From assembly GCF_019084245.1 (NCBI RefSeq), contig NZ_JAHRFE010000022.1: a stretch of DNA of 64,000 bases; one strand, given 5' to 3'. Origin of the DNA: Hoeflea sp. Its GTDB lineage: Bacteria > Pseudomonadota > Alphaproteobacteria > Rhizobiales > Rhizobiaceae. Of this stretch, positions 47,016-58,672 are shown in pieces. The translations under genes were made by a program, and so were the position numbers. Each line of letters starts with the position of its first letter. Positions within the stretch are counted from its first letter, which is position 1. The notes under the pieces are model-generated. The model searched no databases. It was not told where the DNA came from and worked only from the letters and a program-made list of their open reading frames with translations.

Positions 47016-47891
47016 TCAGGCCACCTTGCCGAGCAGACGGTCCGAGACTTCGCGGGTCATGCGGGATTTGTCCTCGGCGGTCTTGATCAGGCACATCAGC
47101 GTCTCGTGCACCGATTCCGGCTCGTCCCGGAGATGGCGGATCTCGAGCCCCGCCAGCGTCGCCGCCCAATCGAGCGTTTCGGCAACGCCGGGCGATTTGC
47201 GCAAGTCCTCCTTGCGGATCAGGCTGACCATGGTTGCGATCTGCAGCGCCAGGCCGGAATCGATTCCGGGCAGGCGCGACAGGATGATCCGGGCCTCGCG
47301 GTCGACATCGGGATAGTCGACATAGTGATAGAGGCAGCGCCGGCGCAGCGCGTCACTGAGTTCGCGGGTACCGTTGGAGGTCAGGATGACGCGGGGGATG
47401 GTTGTCGCCGTGATCGTCCCGAGTTCGGGGATAGAGACCTGGAAGTCCGACAGCAGTTCGAGCAGGAACGCCTCGAATTCCTCGTCCGCCCGGTCGACCT
47501 CGTCGATCAGGAGTACCGGGGGCTTGCTCTGCCTTATCGCCGCAAGCAGCGGCCGCTCCAGGAGATAGGCCTCGCTGAAGATATGCTCCTCCACGGCGGA
47601 GGCATCGGTTCCTTCGCGCGCCTTGATGGCCAGCAGCTGACGCTGATAGTTCCATTCATAGAGCGCGGCGCTCTGGTCGAGCCCCTCGTAGCATTGCAGG
47701 CGGATCAGTTTGGTGTCGTAGGCAAGCGCCAGGGCGCGCGCCACTTCGGTCTTGCCCACGCCGGCTTCGCCTTCCAAGAGCAGCGGCCGCTTGAGGCTTT
47801 CCATCAGCCACAACGCGGTCGCCAGGTCGCGATCGGGAATATACCCGACCGCGGCCAATTGCAGGGCGACCTTTTCCTGAGGGATTTTCAC
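47016..47891 (-). CDS. coxD: CoxD MoxR-type AAA+ ATPase
   Basis: GEAGVGKT, LIDEVDR, DALRRRC. Confidence 0.92.
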   Translation of the reverse strand: MKIPQEKVALQLAAVGYIPDRDLATALWLMESLKRPLLLEGEAGVGKTEVARALALAYDTKLIRLQCYEGLDQSAALYEWNYQRQLLAIKAREGTDASAVEEHIFSEAYLLERPLLAAIRQSKPPVLLIDEVDRADEEFEAFLLELLSDFQVSIPELGTITATTIPRVILTSNGTRELSDALRRRCLYHYVDYPDVDREARIILSRLPGIDSGLALQIATMVSLIRKEDLRKSPGVAETLDWAATLAGLEIRHLRDEPESVHETLMCLIKTAEDKSRMTREVSDRLLGKVA

Positions 47892-47907
47892 TGGCGTTTT
47901 CCCCTGC

Positions 47908-50339
<2,432 letters not shown>

Positions 50340-50343
<4 letters not shown>

Positions 50344-50840
50344 TCTGCTGCCTCCTGAAACGGGGTGCCGTTGATTTTCGCGGCGGCATACTGGATCGAC
50401 TTGACGATGTTGACGTAGCCGGTGCAGCGGCAGAGATTGCCAGAAATGCCATGGCGGATTTCGTCTTCGGTGGGCGTCGGATTCTCCTGCAGCAGGCGGT
50501 GCGCCCGCAGGATCATGCCAGGCGTGCAGAAGCCGCATTGCAGGCCATGCATCATGCGGAAGCCCTCCTGCAGCGCGCTCAGCGTGCCGTCGGCATTGGC
50601 GACGCCTTCGATGGTGGTGATGCTGGCGCCGTTGGCCTGAACCGCGAACGTCATGCAGCTCTTCACCGACATGTCGTCCATGTCGACGGTGCAGGCGCCG
50701 CAATGGCCGGTGTCGCAGCCGATATGGGCTCCGGTCAGGTTCTGCTGCTCGCGCAGGAAGTGGATCAGCAATGTCCGCGGCTCAACCAGGGCTTCGACCT
50801 TCTTGCCGTTGATCGTCAGTTCAATATGCGATTTCGTCAT
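50340..50840 (-). CDS. coxS: CO dehydrogenase small 2Fe-2S subunit
   Basis: GC..G.CGAC, QCGFC, NLCRC. Confidence 0.96.
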
Positions 50841-50852
50841 CAGATTTCCCCC

Positions 50853-51719
50853 TCAACCTTTGGCGCGGGACTTGGCCCGCTCGAGTGCGCGCCGCACCAT
50901 GATGCCTGCCATTTTGGTGCGATACTCCGCTGGCCCGCGCATGTCCGACGCCGGGTTCGTGATCGCCTCGGCGGCAGCCACGGCGGCGTCGACCGACGCC
51001 TTGTCGAGGCTGCTGCCGACCAGAAGCGCTGCGGCGTCGGAAGCCCAGAGCGGGGTTTCCGACACATTGGTCAGGCCGATGGAGGCGCTGGTGCATGTCC
51101 CGCCCGCCATGGTGATGACGACCGCGGCCGCCGCGGTGGCGTAATCGCCGACCTTGCGCTTGAGCTTTTCATAGGCCGAACCATGGCCCGGCGCCGGGAT
51201 CGGGATGCGGACCGCAGTCAGGATCTCGCCATGCTCAAGCGCCGTGAAATAGGCGCCCTGGTAGAAGTCGCGCGCAGCGATGTCGCGGTTTCCGTCCGGA
51301 CCCGAGACGCTGTAGCTCGCACCCAGGCACATCATCACGGCCGGCATGTCATTGCCGGGATCGCCATTGGCGACATTGCCGCCGAAGGTTCCCTTGTAGC
51401 GGATTTGCGGATCGGCGATGAGCCGCGACGTTTCGGCGATGATCGGAATGTGACGCTCAAGCTCTTCGGAGGCGATCAACTCGAACTGGGTTGTCATGGC
51501 GCCGATGACAATGTCGTCGCCCTCGACCGAAATGCCTTTGAGATCGCCGATGCCTGAAAGGTCGACCAGATGGTGCGGTGACGCAAACCGGGTCTTCATC
51601 AGCGGTATCAGGCTGTGACCGCCCGCAAGCACGCTGGCCTCCTCGCCCAGCTTGCTGAGCAGGCCGACAGCGTCGTCAACGGTCTGAGGTCGATAATAGT
51701 CGAATGTGCCAGGTATCAT
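50853..51719 (-). CDS. coxM: CO dehydrogenase medium FAD subunit
   Basis: AGGHSL.P.MK.R, GTFGGN. Confidence 0.95.
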   Translation of the reverse strand: MIPGTFDYYRPQTVDDAVGLLSKLGEEASVLAGGHSLIPLMKTRFASPHHLVDLSGIGDLKGISVEGDDIVIGAMTTQFELIASEELERHIPIIAETSRLIADPQIRYKGTFGGNVANGDPGNDMPAVMMCLGASYSVSGPDGNRDIAARDFYQGAYFTALEHGEILTAVRIPIPAPGHGSAYEKLKRKVGDYATAAAAVVITMAGGTCTSASIGLTNVSETPLWASDAAALLVGSSLDKASVDAAVAAAEAITNPASDMRGPAEYRTKMAGIMVRRALERAKSRAKG

Positions 51720-51848
51720 TCTAGCTCCTCCCAAAGCTTGGCTGATCAAGACCAGATCATGGAATGCGCCCGAAGGCCGACATTCCGATCAGTCTTCACC
51801 GATGTGCGAAAGAGGATGCGATATGGCGGACCGGAACAACCCCAGGCT

Positions 51849-51893
51849 CACGAACACCACATATATTCACGAAATGCGCCCTGGCTGCACGAA
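51849..51893 (-). promoter_or_regulatory. three TTCGTG direct repeats upstream of coxM (LytTR/RcoM-type site)
   Basis: CACGAA at 51849, 51868 and 51888. Confidence 0.55.
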
Positions 51894-51919
51894 CTGCGTC
51901 AATAATGTTGACGTAAATT

Positions 51920-53110
51920 TCAGGCGTCGCCCGGATGCCGGCGGGCCTGATGGGCTGCCAGTTCCTGCTTCAGATCCGCCACCCGGGCCCGGCTGATCGG
52001 CACCGTCCGGCGCACCGGCGAATCGAGTTCCGCGACAGCGGCGTCTCCGGATCTCTTCACCCGGCCGACATGCGCGAGATTGACGATATAGCTGCGATGG
52101 GTGCGGTAGAATGCCGGCTTTGGCAGGCGTTCGAAGATTTCGGTGATCGAGAGCGGGCAGAACAGATCGTCGCGACCGTTGAAGACATAGGTGTAGTGGG
52201 CATTCGCATGCACAGAGATGACTTCGTTTGGCGCGATGTGAAACCGGCTTCCATTCTTGTCGATCGGCAGCAGATCGGCCGAACCGCTGTCCGGCAGCGA
52301 AACCGCCCCGGCGGCAGGTTTGGCCGCGTCACCGACATCACGCCCAGGCTCATTGAAGTCGTCGGTGGTCTCGTCTCCGGCTGACCGGCCGGTCGGGCCC
52401 GGGCTTCCCGCCATCCGTTTCGGCACCAGCGTCAGCATGAAGATACCGGAAATCGCAAATGCGACAAAACTGACGATCAAGGCCAGGGTGTCGCTCGACA
52501 TGAACGACGTCGCGGCAACGGATGCGGCAAAGGAGAAATCGAAAGTCGTCCCTGCCATCGCGGTGTAGTGCATGCCCGAGACCGCGCAGCCCAGGAAGGT
52601 GGCGCAGAGAAACAGCGGCGGCCGGCGATCCGCCGAGAACGCCAGCCAAAGCGCCAGCCCCGAAGCCGTGACGGAAATTGCGAAACTGATGGCGACGTAG
52701 ACCGGATCATAGCTGATCCGGGCGCTGGAATGCAGCGCGATCATGCCGACATAATGCATGGTGGTGATGCCGATCCCCATGACGCCCGCCGCGATGGCCA
52801 GCAGGTGCCGGGCGCGCAGGCTGGCCAGATAGATGGCGATGCCCGTCACCAGCACGCAGAGCAGGAAGGACAGCAATGTCGGCAGGACCAGATAGTCGAC
52901 CCCCGACGTCATCGACATGGACAGCATGCCGATGAAATGCATGCTCCAGATGCCGACGGCCAGAGTGATGGCCGAAGCGGCGATCAGCAGCCGGCGGTTG
53001 AGCGCAAAGGCCCCCGGGATGCGCAGGGCGAGGTTCAAGCCGACATAGCTTGCCTGGATGGCGACGATGACCGAAAGCGCAACCAGATAGTGATTGTGGT
53101 GCGATGACAT
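51920..53110 (-). CDS. coxC: MHYT-LytTR regulator (CoxC-like)
   Basis: MHF.GM / MHY repeats; C-terminal F.RTHRSYIVN LytTR. Confidence 0.9.
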   Translation of the reverse strand: MSSHHNHYLVALSVIVAIQASYVGLNLALRIPGAFALNRRLLIAASAITLAVGIWSMHFIGMLSMSMTSGVDYLVLPTLLSFLLCVLVTGIAIYLASLRARHLLAIAAGVMGIGITTMHYVGMIALHSSARISYDPVYVAISFAISVTASGLALWLAFSADRRPPLFLCATFLGCAVSGMHYTAMAGTTFDFSFAASVAATSFMSSDTLALIVSFVAFAISGIFMLTLVPKRMAGSPGPTGRSAGDETTDDFNEPGRDVGDAAKPAAGAVSLPDSGSADLLPIDKNGSRFHIAPNEVISVHANAHYTYVFNGRDDLFCPLSITEIFERLPKPAFYRTHRSYIVNLAHVGRVKRSGDAAVAELDSPVRRTVPISRARVADLKQELAAHQARRHPGDA

Positions 53111-53349
53111 TACAGGTTGGCCATCTCAGCTCGGAATTGCCCTGGTTTTCGGATCATCCCACAAGGCTAGCACAGTTCGTTTGCCGATTTCCACCAGGGT
53201 TGCCACCGGGACTGATTGCCGCGCCATGGCATCTGAAAATCCCGGACAAGCCCGATCTCCGGCAGGCACGACGGGCGGCCGGATGAGAGGAGAAAGCGCG
53301 ATCCGAAACCCGCGCCTTGGGCTGGCGGACCGCAAGGCCCAGCAGAAAT

Positions 53350-53405
53350 TGGTGCGGACGACGGGAATCGAACCCGTACAGCCTCGCGGCCGAGGGATTT
53401 TAAGT
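53350..53405 (-). other. att junction: 3' half of tRNA-Leu(TAA) from the anticodon loop to CCA
   Basis: minus strand CTTAAAATCCCTCGGCCGCGAGGCTGTACGGGTTCGATTCCCGTCGTCCGCACCA; the 5' side (ACGAA) cannot pair with TCCCT; no D arm. Confidence 0.85.
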
Positions 53406-53572
53406 TCGTTCCGCGCGGTATCCCAGCGGGTGCCATTGTCCATCTCTGTCCCTTGTAAAACAAGGCATGACCGAGGGTTTACGGTTCCGCATCGTTCCTA
53501 TAAGTAGACTATGGGTGACGTCAATTGGATACCCTGACGGCGACCCCAGTTTGACCGAGGGAGCGAAAATCC

Positions 53573-54763
53573 TTGCCCGTCCTATCCGACGATTTCGTGC
53601 AGAATCGTATCGCCCTTCGTGGTCGAGACGAACTGATTATCCGTGACAGCAAGCTCACCGGCTTCGCGCTCCGCGTTCGCCGCCGCGCCGACGGGTCACT
53701 GTCGAAAGTATTCTTCGTGACGCACGAAATCCCGTCGGCCGATGGGAAGCGGCGCCGACGCAAAATCATGATCGGCGACCATGCCACCTTCCCTGCCGAG
53801 AAGGCGCGAGCCGAAGCTCAGGCCATGTTGCAGGCTTTCAAGGTTGGTGACGATCCTGGCGCCGCTCGCGCTGCCAAGAGGGCACAACCGCTTTTTGAGG
53901 ATCTTGTTGCCGAGTTCGAAGAGTCTCACCTGCCCGAAAAGGCGGCAGCGACGCGCAAGGATTACCTTGGTCGCATTCGCCGGAACCTGCTTCCCGAGTT
54001 CAAGGGTCGGCGCGTGGCGGACATCACGGCAGAGATGGTGCGCGCCTTCATGCGAAAGAAGCGGGCCAATCCTATCGATGCAAACCGCTCCCTCGCCGTC
54101 CTGTCGAAGATGATGAGCCGCGCGATTGAACTGGACATGCGGAAGGACAACCCCTGCTCCCGGATTACCAAGAACAAGGAAACAGCGCGCGAGCGTTGGC
54201 TGGACGAAACCGAACTGCCTGTCTTCGTTAAGGCGCTGGCTGCTGTGGAAGGGCCGCACGGCGATTGCATCCGGTTCCTTACTGTCACCGGCTGGCGCGT
54301 CTCTGAGGCCTTGTCCCTGACTTGGGATATGGTCGATCTGCCGCGCTTGGTTGCGCGCCTTCCTGAGACGAAGACCGGGGTCAGTGTCCGGGCGCTGTCG
54401 ACCGACGCGGCGACGATCCTTGACGGCCAGCCGCACCGGGTCGGCTTCATATTCTCTGGCCGCCGCGGGACGCAACCCATTTCTTATAAGCGCTTGCGAG
54501 AAGTCCTCACCAAGGTTTGCGCGGCTGCGAAGATTGATCCGATAACGCCCCACGTCCTTCGCCATACAGCGGCGACATGGGCAGCTATCAGTGGAGCCGA
54601 GGCGCACGAGTTACGCGAAGCGTTCGGCTGGAAGACGCTGGCGATGACGGCGCGCTATGTGTCGAAGTCGGAAAGTCTCGCGCGCCGTGGTGCCCAACGC
54701 GCGGCGGACGCGATGAACGTTCTGCAGAAGCCATCCGCGGCAGTGGAGGTGCTGCGCAAATGA
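53573..54763 (+). CDS. int: tyrosine integrase with arm-binding domain
   Basis: RDSKLTGFALR, TGWRVSE, KTG, HVLRHT, RY. Confidence 0.93.
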   Translation: MPVLSDDFVQNRIALRGRDELIIRDSKLTGFALRVRRRADGSLSKVFFVTHEIPSADGKRRRRKIMIGDHATFPAEKARAEAQAMLQAFKVGDDPGAARAAKRAQPLFEDLVAEFEESHLPEKAAATRKDYLGRIRRNLLPEFKGRRVADITAEMVRAFMRKKRANPIDANRSLAVLSKMMSRAIELDMRKDNPCSRITKNKETARERWLDETELPVFVKALAAVEGPHGDCIRFLTVTGWRVSEALSLTWDMVDLPRLVARLPETKTGVSVRALSTDAATILDGQPHRVGFIFSGRRGTQPISYKRLREVLTKVCAAAKIDPITPHVLRHTAATWAAISGAEAHELREAFGWKTLAMTARYVSKSESLARRGAQRAADAMNVLQKPSAAVEVLRK

Positions 54764-55176
54764 CACCTGAACAAGGTCGCAAGGAATACGCTCGAATCCT
54801 CAATGATGAGCTTAACCTGGGCAATAAGGACGTGAAATGGCTGCTGGCGGCGGCGATGCGGCTAGAGGGTGACCCCTTAGCGCAACTTATTGTGGACCTC
54901 TTGGAGGGCACTCATTCCAGTGGAATAAAGCTCGAGCTAGCCGGCGGTCGAAGAGGAAAGCGAAGACGCGATGACTATGAAGATATGCAGATCGCAATCC
55001 TGGATCTAGTCGTTGATTTGGGTCAACCGCTGGAGTCAGCGTTGGCAGCTATCGAGGCCAAGTTTAACTATAGGAGATCGCAGATACACACGGCCTACAA
55101 GGCGGGGCTACAGGACCGTCTCTCTCTGAATGAAAAGCTTGGACCCAAGAGCGAGTCCGACATATTCGGCGATTAA
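54760..55176 (+). CDS. hypothetical protein coupled to int
   Basis: ATGA overlap with the int stop. Confidence 0.6.
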   Translation: MTPEQGRKEYARILNDELNLGNKDVKWLLAAAMRLEGDPLAQLIVDLLEGTHSSGIKLELAGGRRGKRRRDDYEDMQIAILDLVVDLGQPLESALAAIEAKFNYRRSQIHTAYKAGLQDRLSLNEKLGPKSESDIFGD

Positions 55177-55253
55177 ACCGGATCGAATATTGTTGTTTGA
55201 ATGAATATCGTGCGTAATGTGTCTGTCACCTTCACAAACAGAAAGGTGACGAT

Positions 55254-55568
55254 ATGGACCTTCCCGCATCCAAACTCTTTTCGCAGCGCATGGCGCATTG
55301 GACTGGCAACGGCCTGTCCGGTGCGGCGCTATACCAGCGACTCGCCGAAGATGACGAGTTGCCGATTTCCTTCGATCCGACCGAAACGGCAGCCATCATT
55401 GGCGTCAATCCGCTCAGCCTCAAGAAGCAACGCAACCGTGGCACCGGGCCTGAGTTCATGCGAGCATCCGAACGGGCGGTTCGCTACCCTCGCCCGTCGC
55501 TTTGCATGTACCTGGCTAGCCGCTATGTCACCCGCGATGCCGGTTCGATCACAGGAAGGGCAGCGTAA
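55254..55568 (+). CDS. AlpA/excisionase-like HTH protein
   Basis: ETAAIIGV...SL...R..G.GP.F......VRY. Confidence 0.8.
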   Translation: MDLPASKLFSQRMAHWTGNGLSGAALYQRLAEDDELPISFDPTETAAIIGVNPLSLKKQRNRGTGPEFMRASERAVRYPRPSLCMYLASRYVTRDAGSITGRAA

Positions 55569-55759
55569 TGCCCTGCCCTGACCCCATCGAAAAAGCTGCC
55601 CGATGGCTTGCTGAGAACCGCGGCGGAATGACCCGGCCGATCATTCCAACGCTTCGCGATCAGTTCGGGCTCGATTTCGACGATGCGATCCGGGCTTCTG
55701 TCCTGGCCGCGAAGATCGAATATGTCGAAGCTCTGCCGAGCGAGAGGGCCAACCAATGA
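55568..55759 (+). CDS. small prophage hypothetical protein
   Basis: TAATG overlap; AARWLA...PIIPTLR.QFGL. Confidence 0.65.
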   Translation: MPCPDPIEKAARWLAENRGGMTRPIIPTLRDQFGLDFDDAIRASVLAAKIEYVEALPSERANQ

Positions 55760-55968
55760 CGAAGGACGAAGCGCTTGCACTGGTGCTGGCTTACCGAGCC
55801 CACGGCGGCACCCGAAGGGCAATCGTCCTCAGAGGCGGCAACCTGGGTATCGACATTTGGGAGGGCGACGACGGCGCCGCCCTTGCGTTCTGGCGGAAAT
55901 ACTTCGTGCCGTTGGACGACGCCGGCCGCGCCGCGATCTTGAAGGCGCTCGCTGAGGTGCCGGCATGA
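55756..55968 (+). CDS. small hypothetical protein
   Basis: ATGA overlaps at both ends. Confidence 0.6.
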   Translation: MTKDEALALVLAYRAHGGTRRAIVLRGGNLGIDIWEGDDGAALAFWRKYFVPLDDAGRAAILKALAEVPA

Positions 55969-56429
55969 AAAAGAATTTCAAGCGGAAAGGCAAAGGCAAA
56001 TTCATCATGCTCGATGGATATGTGAAGCGCTCTGCTGCCTGGAAGGATCTCACGCCGAATGACCGTTGCGCTTATCTTGAGGTCAAGTGGCGCTTTGACG
56101 GCGTGAACAACGGCCGAATCGGACTTGGTTGTCGCGAACTCGCCGAAGAGCTTGGCTGCAGCAAGATGACCGCGCTTCGGAGTCTCGAAAACCTTCAGCA
56201 GAAAGGGTTCATCTCAAAGGCCAAGGCGAGCGGCTTCAACCGTAAGGACAGGGTCACTGCTGAGTGGCGTTTGACCGAGTACCCTTGCGATGTGACGGGT
56301 GAATTGCCGACAAAAGAGTTCACACGTTGGGGCTCTCACGAAAAAACAACAGTATCACCAGAAGGACACACAGTATCACCACGAGGACACCTCGAGAGCG
56401 AAAAGGGGGTGAAATATGCCTCACAGTAA
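55965..56429 (+). CDS. winged-HTH replication initiator-like protein
   Basis: NNGRI.L..RELAEELG.S..T..R.L..LQ.KGFI; iterons within its 3' end. Confidence 0.7.
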   Translation: MKKNFKRKGKGKFIMLDGYVKRSAAWKDLTPNDRCAYLEVKWRFDGVNNGRIGLGCRELAEELGCSKMTALRSLENLQQKGFISKAKASGFNRKDRVTAEWRLTEYPCDVTGELPTKEFTRWGSHEKTTVSPEGHTVSPRGHLESEKGVKYASQ

Positions 56430-56477
56430 CACCCATGATACTGTCAGGCCCGGTTTCCGCCTTTCACAGTATCACCA
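56349..56477. repeat. iteron-like repeats ACAGTATCACCA
   Basis: exact copies at 56349, 56370, 56466; variant at 56423; inverted TGATACTGT at 56436. Confidence 0.75.
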
Positions 56478-56513
56478 CGGGTACACATATATATCTACCA
56501 TAGGGGAGGAGCG

Positions 56514-56822
56514 TTGATGACGACTGACGACCTTCCTCTGTTCGGGTGGACCCCGCCTGCGCCACGTCGTCAAGTCCTGCTCTTCCCGATGATCAACCGG
56601 GTAGGCAAAATCCGACACGTCGCGAAGTTGCTTTCCACCAAGAACGGTGATGACGCTGACCTGTATTGGCGACAAATCCGATCAGGTCTGCAGAAGCAAC
56701 TTGAGCGTGTCGGCGCTACCCAGCACGAAATCGATACAGAGATCCGGGCATTCTTCCAAGCCGTCCAGGCTGAGCTGGTTCGGATCACATACTTTGATCG
56801 GAACAACGGAGGTGCAGCATGA
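56514..56822 (+). CDS. DUF6074-like prophage protein
   Basis: DLPLFGW...VLLFP...RVGKIRHVA. Confidence 0.65.
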   Translation: MMTTDDLPLFGWTPPAPRRQVLLFPMINRVGKIRHVAKLLSTKNGDDADLYWRQIRSGLQKQLERVGATQHEIDTEIRAFFQAVQAELVRITYFDRNNGGAA

Positions 56823-57346
56823 CGAAAAGCAATCGTCTCCCTATGCTGGCTGAAGTCGCCAACACTCACCATGACGCAGCGGTGGCCGCACTTCGCATTG
56901 CGGCCGATACCGCCCGTGTCGCCGGCAATGCGCTCCTGGAGGCAAAGACCCTTGTTCCGCACGGTAAATGGGCTGGGTGGATTAAGGCCAACTTTCGAGG
57001 CGGCATGCGCACCGCTCAGAGATACATGAAGGTCGCGAAGAATTGGGAGACGATCGCAGGCAAAAACGACAGCGTGTCGCTTTTGACGGTGACGCAAGCC
57101 CTCGAGCTTCTTGACGGCGGCGACGAGCTTGAACGAGCGCTAAAGAACCAAGCCGAAGCGGAAGCCATCCATTCGGAATTGAAGTTCATGGACCAGGCGC
57201 TCGCAACCGCCGACGCCGATGGCCTCAATCACATCATCGCCCGCGTCGAAGAGATCAACCGCCGCTTGGTCGACCTTCGCGACGTTGCCATCCGCGAATC
57301 CTGCCGGCTTCGCAAGGAACTCGACGCATTGAAAGAAACGGCCTGA
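56819..57346 (+). CDS. DUF3102-domain protein
   Basis: G..L.EAK..VPHG.W..WI...F....RTAQRYM. Confidence 0.75.
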   Translation: MTKSNRLPMLAEVANTHHDAAVAALRIAADTARVAGNALLEAKTLVPHGKWAGWIKANFRGGMRTAQRYMKVAKNWETIAGKNDSVSLLTVTQALELLDGGDELERALKNQAEAEAIHSELKFMDQALATADADGLNHIIARVEEINRRLVDLRDVAIRESCRLRKELDALKETA

Positions 57347-57392
57347 AAATTTCTCCCGGTCGAAAAACACCCAAAACCTGAAAGGAAATGAC

Positions 57393-57716
57393 ATGACCCG
57401 AGATTTAGACGAACTCGACCAAGCGCTGATACAAGCCGCGCGCCAGAAAATTGTCGATTTGCCGCATGTTGTCGGCGTGATCGATGGCAACGTGCCCGGC
57501 GAATTTCTGGTGCTTACCTTCCAGGAGGCCGAAGACGGCGACCAAGGTATGACGCTTGAAACATGGACTGTCGCCGGACCGAGCGGGGAGAAGCCCGGCG
57601 AGTTCATGGTGTCATTCCGTCCCGCGCACCTTGAGGCGCTGGCTCACCTGATGACAGAAGGCCGGAAGTTATTGGAGCGCGAAGCCAAGGTCGCCGCGCC
57701 CGGAACTGCGAACTGA
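57393..57716 (+). CDS. hypothetical protein
   Basis: AAGGA RBS, ORF. Confidence 0.55.
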   Translation: MTRDLDELDQALIQAARQKIVDLPHVVGVIDGNVPGEFLVLTFQEAEDGDQGMTLETWTVAGPSGEKPGEFMVSFRPAHLEALAHLMTEGRKLLEREAKVAAPGTAN

Positions 57717-57732
57717 TCGAAAGGACACGACC

Positions 57733-57831
57733 ATGACCGACACACCCGAAACGATCCGCGAGGCGAAAGCCAGCGCCGAAAAGGCTTGGCGAGAGAGTCA
57801 GGCCGCCGAAGCGAAAGGCGGTGCAGCATGA
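57733..57831 (+). CDS. 32-aa peptide coupled to the Ntn-like gene
   Basis: AAGGA RBS, ATG 57733, TGA overlapping ATG 57828. Confidence 0.45.
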   Translation: MTDTPETIREAKASAEKAWRESQAAEAKGGAA

Positions 57832-58514
57832 GTGCGATCAACGTATTCCTTACGGATGAAGCCGCCCATGTCTTCACCGATGGCGCAATGTACGACCTTG
57901 ATGCCGGCGGCAAGATTTTAGGAGTTTGCTCCAAGCCTCTTACCCTGCCTCACCTCAATGCGGTCATCGCGTCCACGGGCTACATTTACGTGAACTATAT
58001 GTTGATGGGAGCTATCTGCGATTCGCGTGTCTCATCTTTTGATGAATTGAAGGATCACTTCGGTGCGATCGTGAAAAAGGCGTCAGCGGAGGCGCTGAAG
58101 ATTCCCGGCATGCCGAAAGGCCTTGGCTTCTTTGAAACCGTCATTGCAGGGTGGAGCGAGCGCGCCGACCGGCCGCAAGCCTACGCTATGGATCGAGGCT
58201 TCGGCGGCCTGGATGCGTCGAGGCCAATGCAAACCCGGAAGGTGTATCGCAAACCCGATCACCCCGAATTGCCGAAGACTAAGCGAACGGAACACGTTGA
58301 AGCGGACGGGCTCAGTCTGATGGAAGATCAGCGTCGACTTCTGTTCGGTTCTCACGATGCGCCAGGACTTGAAGCCCATGCCGTCGGGGGCTTCTGCCAG
58401 ATGACGACGGTCACCCGCGACGGCATTTCGATGAAGATCCTGCGGCGATGGCCGGATTTTATCGGCGAACCTATTTCCGTGACGCCTGACGCCGCTTCTT
58501 CGACCCTTTTTTGA
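57828..58514 (+). CDS. putative Ntn-hydrolase, proteasome-beta/HslV-like fold
   Basis: true start MSAINVF; S1, D17, K35, G50; VGG..TTVT...WPDF.G shared with 1672-2346. Confidence 0.6.
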   Translation: MSAINVFLTDEAAHVFTDGAMYDLDAGGKILGVCSKPLTLPHLNAVIASTGYIYVNYMLMGAICDSRVSSFDELKDHFGAIVKKASAEALKIPGMPKGLGFFETVIAGWSERADRPQAYAMDRGFGGLDASRPMQTRKVYRKPDHPELPKTKRTEHVEADGLSLMEDQRRLLFGSHDAPGLEAHAVGGFCQMTTVTRDGISMKILRRWPDFIGEPISVTPDAASSTLF

Positions 58515-58584
58515 TAGGCACAGCGCTGAAGCCGGCCCCGAAAAGGGCAGTGGTGATTGCCATGATGCCAGTGAAAATAGCCAT
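58471..58584 (-). CDS. 37-aa hydrophobic peptide with basic tail (tail-protein N-terminus remnant?)
   Basis: AGGAAAG RBS; MAIFTGIMAITTALFGAGFSAVPIKKGSKKRRQASRK. Confidence 0.4.
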   Translation of the reverse strand: MAIFTGIMAITTALFGAGFSAVPIKKGSKKRRQASRK

Positions 58585-58672
58585 GATCTTTCCTTTCATG
58601 ATTTGAGGCGGCACCATGCCGCCTCTCTCGTCTCTGGGAAGGGCGCCAGCCCGCTCAGAGTACTAACGGCCA

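Noticed and set aside
53350-53434. Functional tRNA-Leu gene
   Set aside because: Only the 3' half is present; the 5' anticodon stem and D arm are replaced, so it is an att duplicate.
53484-53497. LexA box upstream of the element-2 integrase
   Set aside because: GTTC-N6-GTTC; the spacer is 6, not the required 7.
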